From Penicillus capitatus (Eukaryota; Plantae; Chlorophyta), in assembly GCA_965649825.1 (NCBI GenBank), contig OZ287694.1:433197-497196 (forward strand): 64,000 bases of DNA, given 5' to 3'. Every line of letters starts with the position of its first letter. Positions within the stretch are counted from its first letter, which is position 1. A program made the position numbers and the translations under genes. This document shows, piece after piece, positions 25,101 to 36,034 of this stretch. Below the pieces are notes generated by a model. That model was not told the origin of the DNA and searched no databases. It worked only from the letters and a program-made list of their open reading frames with translations.

Positions 25101-28057
25101 ACGTAGAAGATCGGGAACACCTAGCGATAACCACAACGGCGGCGTTGCTGGCGGCCGGTCGCCATCCATGGGCACCTCTTTGCGTCTCTCCCCGCTGAGG
25201 CATTTGGAGAGCTGCTGCAGCGACGTGCGTACGGCAGTTTTGAGCGCAGCTTCGAGGATAGCGTCGATGCGCTGCGTGTAGCGCACCCATTCACGTTGGA
25301 CGTCGTCCGAGTCCTTTGCCACGTAAGCATAGAGGCGCTCCATACACGAGGCCATCTTCGCCGAGACGTCACGGAGAAACGCCCCGATGCTGAGAACACA
25401 CGCCCGCTGCTCCGCATCGAACTCGGCAACGGAGTAGACGCGCTTGGGCTCCAGCGCAACGAACGACGACGTCGAAATCGCCGTGCAATGCGCGAGCAGC
25501 TCTTCGTGCAGACACTACACCAAGTATGACGTCTGACGTCTATGAGAAGGCACCGGAGGACTTCTTACCTTGAACCCTTTCACCAGTTCAAGCGCGTCGC
25601 GACACTGCCGCGTCGCTTCTTGAGTAAAGTACTCCAGTGTGCGGCGGTCCGTCGACCACTTAAGCTTCGTCGCTCCTGGCAGAACCTTTCGGTCGAGAAC
25701 TCGCAGTCGGTCACGAAACAGGCGCTTCTCGTGGTCGTTTAGCGCGTTCATGATCTGCACGGCACAGTGTATAGTGTCGGGGGCGACGGACGATGGGACG
25801 GACGTTGTTGTAATCGCGAACAATCGCCAGGGCCGTTTCCCGCAGCAGCTTCAGTTTTTGTCGCTGTGCATTGACCTCGATCGCCACATAGGGACCGGTC
25901 AACCGCATCCATTCCCAAAACTGCACCTCCTGAAGCATGTCCAGCACATCCGCATCGAAATTCACCGCCAAACAGCCCTTATCCCCATCCTTCACAAAGA
26001 GCGTCCGCTCAAGACCTGCAACACAGCGTTCAGGCGGTGGCGGCCGTGGCGGCCGTGGCGGCGGTGGCGGCGGGTGACCTTTGAGAATTTGGGGGTCGAC
26101 GCTACTGAACCATCGCTGGTGCATATCGGCGATATAGTGCTCGAGTGACTGACGGGTGAGGCGATAGATGCGTTGCGCCTCGGAAGCTTCCGGAAGATTC
26201 GGCGTGATGGCCATCGCCGCTTCCAACGCCGCACCCATCTCGTCCACACGTCGCATCAAATCCGCAGCACACCTGCTGGTTCAGTCGCTCTTGTACTTAG
26301 CGCCGCCTCCTGTTCTCACACATACCTTGCGTTTCCGGCAAAGGCTGGCAGCACAGGGTCCTTGAAGGGATGGCGGCGAAGGTGGTCAAATTCGCGTTTC
26401 GTCATGTTCACTTCGGCAAGACACGCATCGCAGAACTCCGCCGTCTTTTTCGCCAAGGCCCTTTTTACGACATCTGTCTTTGCCACGCGTGCAAAGCACG
26501 ACAGCATGGACTGCTTCTCCGTCAGCGCCGAGAGACCGTCGCAGGCCGAAGAGAGCACGTCACAGAACTTTAGCTCGAGATCTTTGACGCCAGATCTGAA
26601 CTGAGTGAAATCGTCGAGCCAGCGAAGCTGCTTGACATCCAACGGGTCATAACCGACGTCCCGTAGGTGCGCCGCCAGACCACGAAATTGGTGGAAGATA
26701 TCGATGAGGCGCTCGTGAATGTGCGGTCCTTTGAGACCGGCGAAGATGGGCAGCGGCATCGGTGGGGCAAACTGCTGTTGCGCTTCGCAGATGTCTTGGA
26801 GATCGATGCAGCGCTGGACGAAGGCGTCGATACTGGAGAAGAGCGAGACCGGGTCGAAATCCCAAGCACGACCGCTATCGACCGTTCTCGCGGAGATGCG
26901 TCGAAAAATGGCCTTCCACGCATTCCCCGCGGCAATGCTCTGAACCACTGTCGTCTCGTCCGCGTCACCTGAGATCGCATCGGCAACGGAGAAGTCTATA
27001 ACGCGACGGTTGCCTGAGAAGATATCGTGGAGGTCGATGTGTTGTCGACAGCGCCGGACGATCTCGTTCGAGACTTTGACCAGGAGACCGCCGACGCGTT
27101 CCTTCGTATTATAGAATCGACTGAAATTCCAGATCAGCCGAACGGTGTGCAGTATGGACGGCACGATCGACGGGATGTCTCCCGGCGCTGCCGTCGAGAG
27201 TTGCTGACAGGGTCGCTCCAGACACGCTAAGAATCGCACGTTGTCTTCGGAGACATTCGCCTCGCGCTCGATGCGTTGACGCAGGCCGAGAAGCGACGGA
27301 AGATAGACCGACTTCGCCCTTTCTAAGACGGACAGGATCTCGCGAATCTGTGGTGCGTCGAGCTGCTCGAGCAAGGCACTCAGATCTGCACTCCGTCTTT
27401 GCCAGAAGGCAATCTCTTCGAGCGGCCCTGCCTGGGCATTCGACGCGTCCGCCGCTACAAACCGCCGCCGAACGTGATTCTCAGCAGTCTGAGTGTGATG
27501 TCACACTTTCTGTCTGGTGGATCATCTCTTTGATCTGTCGAGTCCAGTGGATGACGAGCGACTCCGCTCGGCGCAAGAGATCTTTGTCTATGGCGCGATG
27601 CCCATCGCCGTCGGGTGACATCTTCGGCGGCACGTACAGCACCGTACGCCCCTGTGCGCGATACACCGCCGCCGTCAGCGCCGCCATGAATCGGTGAACC
27701 CTCTCTGCGCCACAGCCGACGCCTCTCGCTCAGCCATATGCGTCTCGACGTTACCCGTCATGTCTTTCTGCGTCGTATCCGACACGCCAAACGCGTTTTC
27801 CGTTAAGGCTGGCAGAAAGCGCTCGTGCATGAGATGCAAAAGCGCCTCCATGGCCGTCGGCATCGCCACCGGAATCGACGCCAATTCTTCCAAAGACACC
27901 TCCTCCTACACCATCCCTCTGCTCACCATCGCCCTTGGTGCAAAACCACCTCGGCCGTCGCGGCAAACGCCGCCATGAGTTCCTCCACGGTCGTCATGAC
28001 TTCGCTTCGGCACGTCGCAGTCAACGTCACAATCATGGCATCCATCAACGGCGCCAT
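13109..28057 (-). CDS. DHC10: Axonemal inner-arm I1 (dynein f) beta heavy chain, DNAH2 type; many short introns
   Basis: P-loops [10 protein letters not shown] (AAA1), GKTGSGKS (AAA2), GGVGHGKT (AAA3), GIGGSGRKS (AAA4); stalk [13 protein letters not shown]; [18 protein letters not shown]; C-terminus [16 protein letters not shown]. The start codon could be one of several nearby ATGs (28057, 28045, 28036). Confidence 0.93.
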
Positions 28058-28128
28058 TAGTGACACGCGGCGGCGCAGCGTCTTCATTACCTCATCATCG
28101 CGTTTCGCTTGTGTTCTTCTGTTCCATC

Positions 28129-28875
28129 ATGGGTCGTCGTCCTGCGCGTTGCTATCGTCAAATCAAGGGCCGTCCGTATCCAAAATCGCGATACTGTCGC
28201 GGTGTGCCCGACCCGAAGATACGTATCTACGACGTGGGTATGAAGAAAGCGCCCGTCGACCAGTTTCCTTATGTCGTCCATCTGGTCAGCTGGGAGAAAG
28301 AAAACGTCTCGTCGGAGGCGCTCGAGGCAGCGCGCATCGCTGCGAATAAGTATCTGGTGAACAACGCCGGCAAAGAGTCGTTCCATCTGCGCATTCGTGT
28401 CCATCCTTTCCACGTCCTGCGCATCAACAAGATGCTCTCCTGTGCTGGCGCCGATCGTCTACAGACCGGAATGCGTGGTGCCTTCGGGAAAGCGGCTGGC
28501 GTCTGCGCCCGAGTTGGCATCGGCACTGTGCTTATGTCCATTCGGTGAGGACACACGTAAAGGCGGCGCCAAAATGTGTGACATGTGTGTACGGTTAGAT
28601 GCAAGGATAATCACGCGGCAGTGGCGGCGGAGAGTCTACGCCGAGCGAAGTTCAAGTTTCCGGGGCGGCAGAAAATCGTCACTGGGCGTAACTGGGGGTT
28701 TACGCAGTTTTCGCGTGAGGATTACGTCAAGTGGCGTCGATCGGGTCGTGTGATACCTGACGGGGTGACGGCGAAGCTCTTGAGCAACCATGGCCCGCTG
28801 AACGCCCGACCCACCGAACGGATCTTCACCGAAGCCGCCATGGCCGGCGGCCGGGCCGTCCACGTCGAGGACTGA
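28129..28875 (+). CDS. RPL10: 60S ribosomal protein uL16/RPL10 (intron 28545-28598)
   Basis: [35 protein letters not shown]...[24 protein letters not shown]...[12 protein letters not shown]. Confidence 0.98.
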
Positions 28876-28899
28876 TTCGAGACATTGCACGAATGCTTT

Positions 28900-29680
28900 T
28901 TAAAAGCCGAGGCATCGAAAGATCCACATCGCAAAGCTGCACCCGACGAGCGCGATCCACGGAAAATGCCGCCTGCGAGATAGCAAGCAAGGTATGAGGC
29001 GTCGCAGGAGTGATGCAAGCGACGGCGCACCCACCTTTCGTGGAGTTTGGATTTGAGAACGTATTTGACGGCCGTCAGCATGATGGACCCCGCCGCTATC
29101 ATCAATAGTAGACTCTTGCTGTACAAACTGACCTGCAGGATTTTGAGAAACGTCGTCAGAACGAGCCAGGATTCGGCTGTCTGCGCATCGGCAGGTAGCG
29201 CAATCTACAGGAAACCGTTGTTTGCAGATGACGTCTGCGAAAGGGCGAGTAACGGACCGCTGCTGGACGCGTTCGCCATTCCTCCAGATCGAATCTGTTC
29301 GTGGACGCTAACGCAGCCAATGCCGCCGAGTCCTGCGACGCAGCGACCTCTCGATGAGAGACGTCACGATGAGATAGGCACCTTCTCTGCTGTTGGCACA
29401 TGTTCTGTCGCCTCGGACGTCTCCGGCGCATCCGTCGACCTCTGCAGCACGATAACGCGTTTGTGAGAGAGAAGAGCGCGACCTGTGCTGGACGTCTGTG
29501 CTGTCGCGAAGGTGGACTGCCTGATGTCTGGCGTCGCACGGCTGATATGCCTCGATGCGGTAGAGGGACACTGATGCGTAGGCGTCGACCAGGATCTCTC
29601 GATGGACCGTCGGCGGCGGCGGCGGTGCGATTTCGAATCGGTGCTACGCGGAGGCCTTGAACGAAGGCGACGCGGTCCAT
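28900..29680 (-). CDS. Orphan membrane protein, possibly organelle-targeted
   Basis: Transit-like N-terminus MDRVAFVQGLRVAPIRNRTAAAA. In-phase spliced C-terminus ...LLLMIAAGSIMLTAVKYVLKSKLHER-RHFPWIALVGCSFAMWIFRCLGF* with two hydrophobic stretches. Middle exons are uncertain. Confidence 0.5.
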
Positions 29681-29738
29681 CCTGACAATCGCTGTCCGTG
29701 GCGTACGGCATTCCCGACGCCTTCCGTTTCAACCGACG

Positions 29739-30953
29739 ATGCATCCAGCCAGCACCGGTCCAGCCAAGCACTCCGTTGCGGTCGGTCACGAACGGTCCTT
29801 GCGTTTGAGGTCCTCGAAGCGGGTCCTTTCAAGCGGATCCCATTATTCGCGAATTCTTGCGCATCCTCGAGACGTCGAAGGATATCACCATTGCCGTCGC
29901 AGCAGTAAAAGTCCTCACAGGTGCGTCGCAGTAAGAGTGACAACAATCCACTGTCACACATCTGTCACATCACAGGGCGTATCGAAAACACGTCGGCGAC
30001 GACAGTCATGGAGCTGCACAAAGAACTCAGCGAAACGGCCAGCCGTCTGCAACAGTACTCCTCCCATACAGCGGCGACGGCGCCTTAGATGATAATACAC
30101 GTCTCTGTAGGGCCAAGCCGTCGGACATCTCGTTGAAGACAGCGTGTGATCTCTTCCTGCATTACGTCGCCCGCGGTCGCAACGTTCCCGATTTTGAAGT
30201 GCTGAAGAAGCAGTTCATCGATGTGCGTCGTCTTTCTCGCCGCATGTACAGATGTCCTTGCACTTAGAGAGGCAATGCCTTCGCTGAGATGTCCTTCGAG
30301 GCGCGTCAGGCCATTGCGCATCACGGCAAGCCCTTCATCGAACACGGCAAGACGATTTTGGTCCACGGCTACTCGCGTGTCGTCGTCGCTATCCTCAAAC
30401 ACGCCGCCAGCGAAGTCTCGCAACGATCCGTGCCCTTTACCGTCTTCATCTTGCCGTCTAGGGTGTGCCCTTTCACGTGGTGCTGACCGAAGGGCGGCCG
30501 AATGGAACGGGCATCGATCTGGCGAAGATCCTCGAGGCGAACAAGATCTCGGCAACTGTGGTGCTGGACAGCGGCGTTGGCTACATTATGGACCGCGTCG
30601 ATTGCGTCTTGGTCGGAGCGGGTGGCATCACACAAAACGGCGGCGTCATCAGCAAGCTGGGCACCTACCAGATCGCCCTGGCCGCGAAGAAACTGAACAA
30701 GCCGTTCTATGTCGCCGCCGAGAGCTACAAGTTTTCGCGTCTCTATCCACTGAACCAGGCGGATGTCCCGAGAGAGGCCGCTCCGGTGGATTTCGGTCCG
30801 CTGCTTCCGCCGGGGATCGAAATCGTCAACCCGACTCGGGACTTCACGCCGCCGGAGTATATCTCTCAGCTCATCACGGATCTCGGCATCCTGCAACCGG
30901 CAGCCGTCAACGACGAACTCTACAAGATGTACTCAAACATTCGAATGAACTAG
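29739..30953 (+). CDS. EIF2B1: Translation initiation factor eIF2B alpha subunit
   Basis: Spliced ITIAVAAVKVL, ATTVMELHKEL, TACDLFLHYV, TILVHGYSRVV, VVLTEGRP, VLVGAGGITQNGGVISKLGTYQIA, FYVAAESYKF, RDFTPPEYISQLITDLGIL. The first exon is tentative. Confidence 0.92.
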
Positions 30954-31122
30954 AAACGCATTGGATCTCCGATACCATCACACCATACCCTCACCGCCGA
31001 TGCGCTTGTCTCGACGCCATCTAGTCTCGCTCTTGACAGAAATGCGTTGCGGGACATTCTATATGTGACGAGAGGGAGTGTGCGTTAGGAAGGCGTCTGT
31101 TGGATGGGCGTGTGCTCGGGCG

Positions 31123-33712
31123 ATGCATCTGTTTGCCATTCTGTTCATCTGGGCGTTCTTGATTAAGGCAATGCATGGCGGCCTCTGTGCAAACGCGACG
31201 TGCGATTCTGTCGAAGCTGAGACAGTTTCGAAAGAAGACAGCGACGCCGAGCCACGTATCTCTCTTGTGCGGAAGGAGGGTTAACGGATACTGGTGCCAC
31301 AGGAGCGACGTCTTCGACGTCAAGGCATCGAAGGTTACCGACAGCACGCGCTGGAAGTGATCGAACGGGATGAGGATATCGAAGCTGTGGTGAAGGCACT
31401 GGACGTGCGTTCCCTCTACCGAGATCCACGTTTCTGCCACTGGAGTGCGCTCGAGCAACGACTCCCCTGTGTACAGAATCGTCTGCTCGACGTCTCTAGG
31501 CGCCGAACGTTGGCGTCCTTGTGTTCGTGGCGCAGTGCAGAAGGCGGCGGTGCGACTGGTGCGGCGCAAAACGGCAGGAGATGAGAATCCCGTGCGCCAA
31601 CTGCTCATCACCGTCCTGCGTCAGAGACTGCTGGATTGGTCACGGTGTACAGGACTGGTTCACCAAATGCTGCGGAGCTACATCTGGCACAAGGCACCGG
31701 TCGACGAGGCAAGATCCCGCTTACCAGATCTCGTGCCGCCAAATCAGAGATCCGTGGCAGATACTCTCGTTGGCCAAGAGGATGTTCGATCCGGCGAGAG
31801 CAACGGTGGCCCTCATACCGTCCACCTCGATGCTGCGTCTGCTGCTCACGGTCACGCAACAGCGCGGCGACGCTGGTATCTTCTGCAAGACGTGGACGTC
31901 CCTAGTATGCGCCCTGCCTCATCCATCGGGCGCAGGAACTCTGGTTGCTTCTAGGTGAAGCCAGTGCTGCGGGAGCATTTTGGAAAAAAGGTACCCGTCG
32001 CTGTATCGAGTGCGTACATCGGCGGATGTCTCTCCTTCGATTATCCCCTCACGTTCGACGAAGCGTTGAACGACGGGGAGAGCTACACGTCGAAGGCCAT
32101 CGGAGAGCTAATCAAGATAAACGACGCGTCGTCGAGATCAGGTCACACGTTTTCGTCGTTCTGCGTACGAGAGTGCTGATGATGTTCAGACGGGCCGTTG
32201 CTGGCCTCGGATGTGCTGATCCAACTGATCCGCCAGTCCTCGTCGGCGGCGGCGCTGCAGCTCGCGTTGAACAGCCGGCTCGGCAGACAACGGATCTCTC
32301 AACGCAAGCAAAAAGGACAGGAGATGCTGTTCTTGCACGATCAGCAGAAACAGACGCCACTTCAGTTTCTCTGGGATGGATCTATGAGCCAGAAATCGTG
32401 CCGTCTAGGCGGACCCGTCGCCCGGACAGCTATGCTAGCCTATCTGCGATGTGGACACCTGCAGCAAGTCACGCAGATCGTCTCCAGCCACGCAGCCGCC
32501 GCAAAACCCTCCATGGTGTCGCCTTGTCTCTTTGGATCTTCAGGAAGCGCGAACACAATCTGGTGACAGGTGTTGAACACGATGATGCAGATCGGCGATC
32601 GAGCGGACCATCCGCAGATGATGAAGGCGGCGTTTCGGCAGATGCTGGACGGCGATGTGCTGCCGCACGTGCGGAATATACGACGGCTGCTTGTGCGTCT
32701 GGCAGATCCTCTCGTATCCTGCGGATTCCGCGGACGGCTGGACGGTCTCATGGGATTCGTCGACTCCTATCTGCCACTTGTGTCCGTCCGCGACGTCAAG
32801 GCCCTATTCCTTGCACTGAATATCTCCGGAAGCATGCCCGACGTCATCCTCAGTGTCCTGAAGCGACTGATGCGACCCGATTACGATCCAGAGGAGAGAC
32901 TGGGTGTGGCGTACCCCTTTTCTGTTTCCAGGCACTACCGCACGTTTCAAAAGACGGTGCGGCTGTCGTTGCTGGATCACCAACGGTGGCAAGAGCAGCA
33001 CGGGATCGATGACGGGTGGAGATTCCGGGTTCTGCTGACCGCCGGGCGCCATCTCCGACAACGACCGATCTACTTCTCCCAGCTTCTGCCCTTGGCCGAA
33101 GAGTGGCTCCACATCGCCGCCGCCTTTCGTTCGACTGCCCTCACGAGAGGTCTCTTCCAGTTCGATCACATTGGATAGATCGGGTGGAATGGGTCAGGAA
33201 CGTGGGTCACCTCGGGCGACGACGCGATCTTCAGTGTCCTGCTCTCCTTCCTCATACGACCAGACGGCTCCCCCAAGCTCCTGAAGAGAGGTCCGATTCC
33301 ACGCACACGAGATAGATGAGCGACGTATGTGTCATCCAGGCAGTCTGTTCCATCTCATGCGACTGGGACTGATGTCCGGTATCCTCCCCGGCGCAAAATC
33401 GCGACGTACATTGTATTACTTCACGCAGCACATCACACAGAGTCGAGGCCGGCCGTTTTTGTACTACCGACGGTCCTATCCCGGCAGCCTTCTCGATGTC
33501 AACGAGGTAAGCCGCTGCCTCGAAGGCGGGTCGCTTTATCCCGCCTCTCCTGTCGGCAGATCATGCGCGCGTTTGATCGTCCGCTGGAGTGGTCCGTCGA
33601 GCAGCAATGCCTCCTGTCGTCCGTTGTGTGTCGTCACTTGATCGATGACTGCTTCCGTCGCATCGCCGACGTGAGCGGTCCATCTCTGCCATTAACGTTG
33701 CGTTCCGCCTGA
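31123..33712 (+). CDS. Orphan multi-exon protein with signal peptide-like N-terminus
   Basis: MHLFAILFIWAFLIKAMHGGLCA. A chain of ORFs (31445-31954, 31955-32179, 32198-32566, 32570-33178, 33327-33712) is linked by short GT-AG introns. No recognised domain. Confidence 0.6.
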
Positions 33713-33755
33713 GAACGTGTCATTGCGTGTCACTTGGCGGCCGTTTGTTCGTGCG

Positions 33756-34211
33756 ATGCCGTTCAAGAAATGCGTCGAGGTCGGCCGCCTGGCCGTCGTG
33801 AATTTTGGCCCAGACTACGGTCAGCCGGTCGTCATCGCGGACATCGTCGATCAGAACCGCGTGGGCACGACGGGTCCCCTCTTCGAGCGCCATCGTGTGC
33901 GTTCTTAGGTCCTGGTTGATCATCCAGACTTTCCATGCCGCCGTCTGATGAACCTAAAGCGCCTGACGATGACGAATCTGCATCTCGATGTGCCGCGTCT
34001 CTTCAAGAAGACGACTATGAAGACGGCTCTGGGAAAGAACGATGTGTTTGCGAAGTTTAAGGAGAGTGACCGAGGAAAAAAACTCGCGGCGGCGAGGGAG
34101 AAGAGGGAGATGACGGATCTGGATCGCTGGAGGGCATCGAAGAAGCGTTTTGAACGGGCCAAGAAGATCCGCCAAGTCTATGAGCGACTCAAAAAGGAAA
34201 ACGCACTCTGA
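33756..34211 (+). CDS. RPL14: 60S ribosomal protein eL14/RPL14 (one ~48-nt intron)
   Basis: [39 protein letters not shown]...NLKRLTMT...MTDLDRW. Confidence 0.93.
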
Positions 34212-34243
34212 TGCATGTCGGACGCGAAGGAAACAACTTTACA

Positions 34244-34248
34244 TGTAA
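34244..34248 (+). terminator. TGTAA chlorophyte-type polyadenylation signal of RPL14
   Basis: TGTAA 33 nt after the stop codon; TGTAA is the established poly(A) signal in many green algae. Confidence 0.55.
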
Positions 34249-35736
34249 TGCATATCCGAAAAGCATTCTATCTGATAAGTGTGACACCCGCTTGACTTTC
34301 TGTAACCACGGTAGATGGAAACGGATGGAGTGACGGGGACGCACGCGGATCGGAATACCTAGTCATTGCAGGTTAAGAAGTGTGCGGCCTCGACAAGAAA
34401 GGCGTCTTTCGTCGTTCTAGAAAAACATCTGGTCATTGAAGACAGATCGAAGACAGCTAGAGGAATAGTAGCGAGTATGGAGACTGCACTAGATGCCGGG
34501 ATCTTCATTCACAGCTTTGCCAAATCAGCACCAGCTGAACACGAAGCTATGGAAGGATAAGGTTAGTGGAAAAGATATCGATGTCCGAGCAAATCTTATT
34601 CACTTTTCTGATAAAACACCGTTCCCATAACGATGAGTACTTGGAATTCTTTGAGTGCTGTAAAGTGGTGCGAACTTTCCCTTGTGTAACCAGACCAATC
34701 GCAAGTGGCGATTTCAAAAGAGACTGTATAGCATCATTGCCGCTCTTTTATTTAAAGTTAAGAGGAGATTGACTGACGACAAGTTGAGCGTTTACCCGAA
34801 CTCGACCAATGAGTACCTCTGACGGTCCTAGGGTCACTATGTCTTCGGGGGCGAAGATCACGAAGTCGACGCTTCTGTCCTCTGAGCTCCGCCGCGTATC
34901 GTAAAGTTCCACGTGATAGATGACTTGTTCCGCTCCCTGTTGGTGGAGCTCCGCTTGTTCGCCTCGGCGAAACTGGTTGAGGGGCTCCTCGAAGGTTGGA
35001 TATGAAGGAGAACACGGGACAAGCACGCGTCGAATCTTCGTTCAGAGTGTCGCCGATCAGGTCGAACGCAAAACGTAAGCAGCGGAAGACTTCTGAAGTT
35101 TACAGAGTAAGGTCTGGAATAATCTGATTTCCCAATTAGGTACCCACGTGGTGATGTGACTTTCTTAGGTAGGTGACTCAGTGAGCTGTCAGAGCCACAG
35201 AGAATGGCCCCTTGGCCCCGTGACTAGACAGCAAGCGCCCCTCGAACACATGAACCCCTCAACAACAAGGCACTAAGTAGTCCCATCGCCAGGCGACAGT
35301 CACATCGAGGATTGAGTATTGAAGCGAGGGTCGGACACGTACGATATCTTTCGCTTGTCATCTGAGTTTAAACTCGAGTCTGTGAAATGCATACAATCTG
35401 TTTCTGTTCGTCAAAACATTCACTGTCTATCTTTGTTGTAATAAGTCGTCTCTTCGCTGCAACCTTTGGTGTTCGTGGCCTCCGTCCGATAAACCTCTGC
35501 CCACCCTCATCTTGCTTTAAAACTTCGGCTGCGCTTGTGAAATGAGTTAACCCGGAGACGATTCAAGCACTCACTCTCTCCCGTCGCTCGAGCGAAGGGA
35601 GATACGTCGTGTCCACGCCCAGGACATTCATTCTAAGGAACACGGATGGTGAGGCTGCCGGAAAGAGTTTCTTCACACAGCCGACGCGGTTTTCCGCCTC
35701 AGCCGCATCAAGGCCAAGGTGTCTATTCAGTCGCGT

Positions 35737-35807
35737 GACCGAACAGTTTCGACAGCGCGCCACACGTCTCATCAGGCCCTAAGAGTGCCGTCAGGATGAT
35801 GAAGGGC
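35737..35807 (-). ncRNA. Hammerhead ribozyme-like core (possibly decayed)
   Basis: Minus strand reads CTGATGA-GAC(gtgtggcgcgct)GTC-GAAA-CT(gttc)G-GTC. The core, stem II and a short stem III with a GUC site are present; a canonical stem I is not formed. Confidence 0.4.
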
Positions 35808-36034
35808 AGAAGAGAAATGATTCAAGACACGACCCATCCCCACAAGAGACATGAAGACGACGTTTACACTGTCCGTTCCGTGTTAGTGCCGCCACGAGGA
35901 GGCACGGGCTCGACGTTGCGTTGGCAAATGCACCATTGTTTGGACCGAGTTTTTGGAAAACCATAAGATGAAATGCTTTTTACAAGATTGTCTCGAGCAT
36001 ACAATGAATGAAATGCAAAGTAATGAACGCTCAC

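Noticed and set aside
34748-35026. ORF with FAPEDIVTLGPSEVLI, faintly dUTPase-like
   Set aside because: Motif spacing is wrong and the other dUTPase motifs are missing
35563-35772. CxxC...HL...N ORF resembling an HNH/His-Cys box nuclease
   Set aside because: Spacing is off, the ORF is short, and it overlaps the better-supported hammerhead-like core
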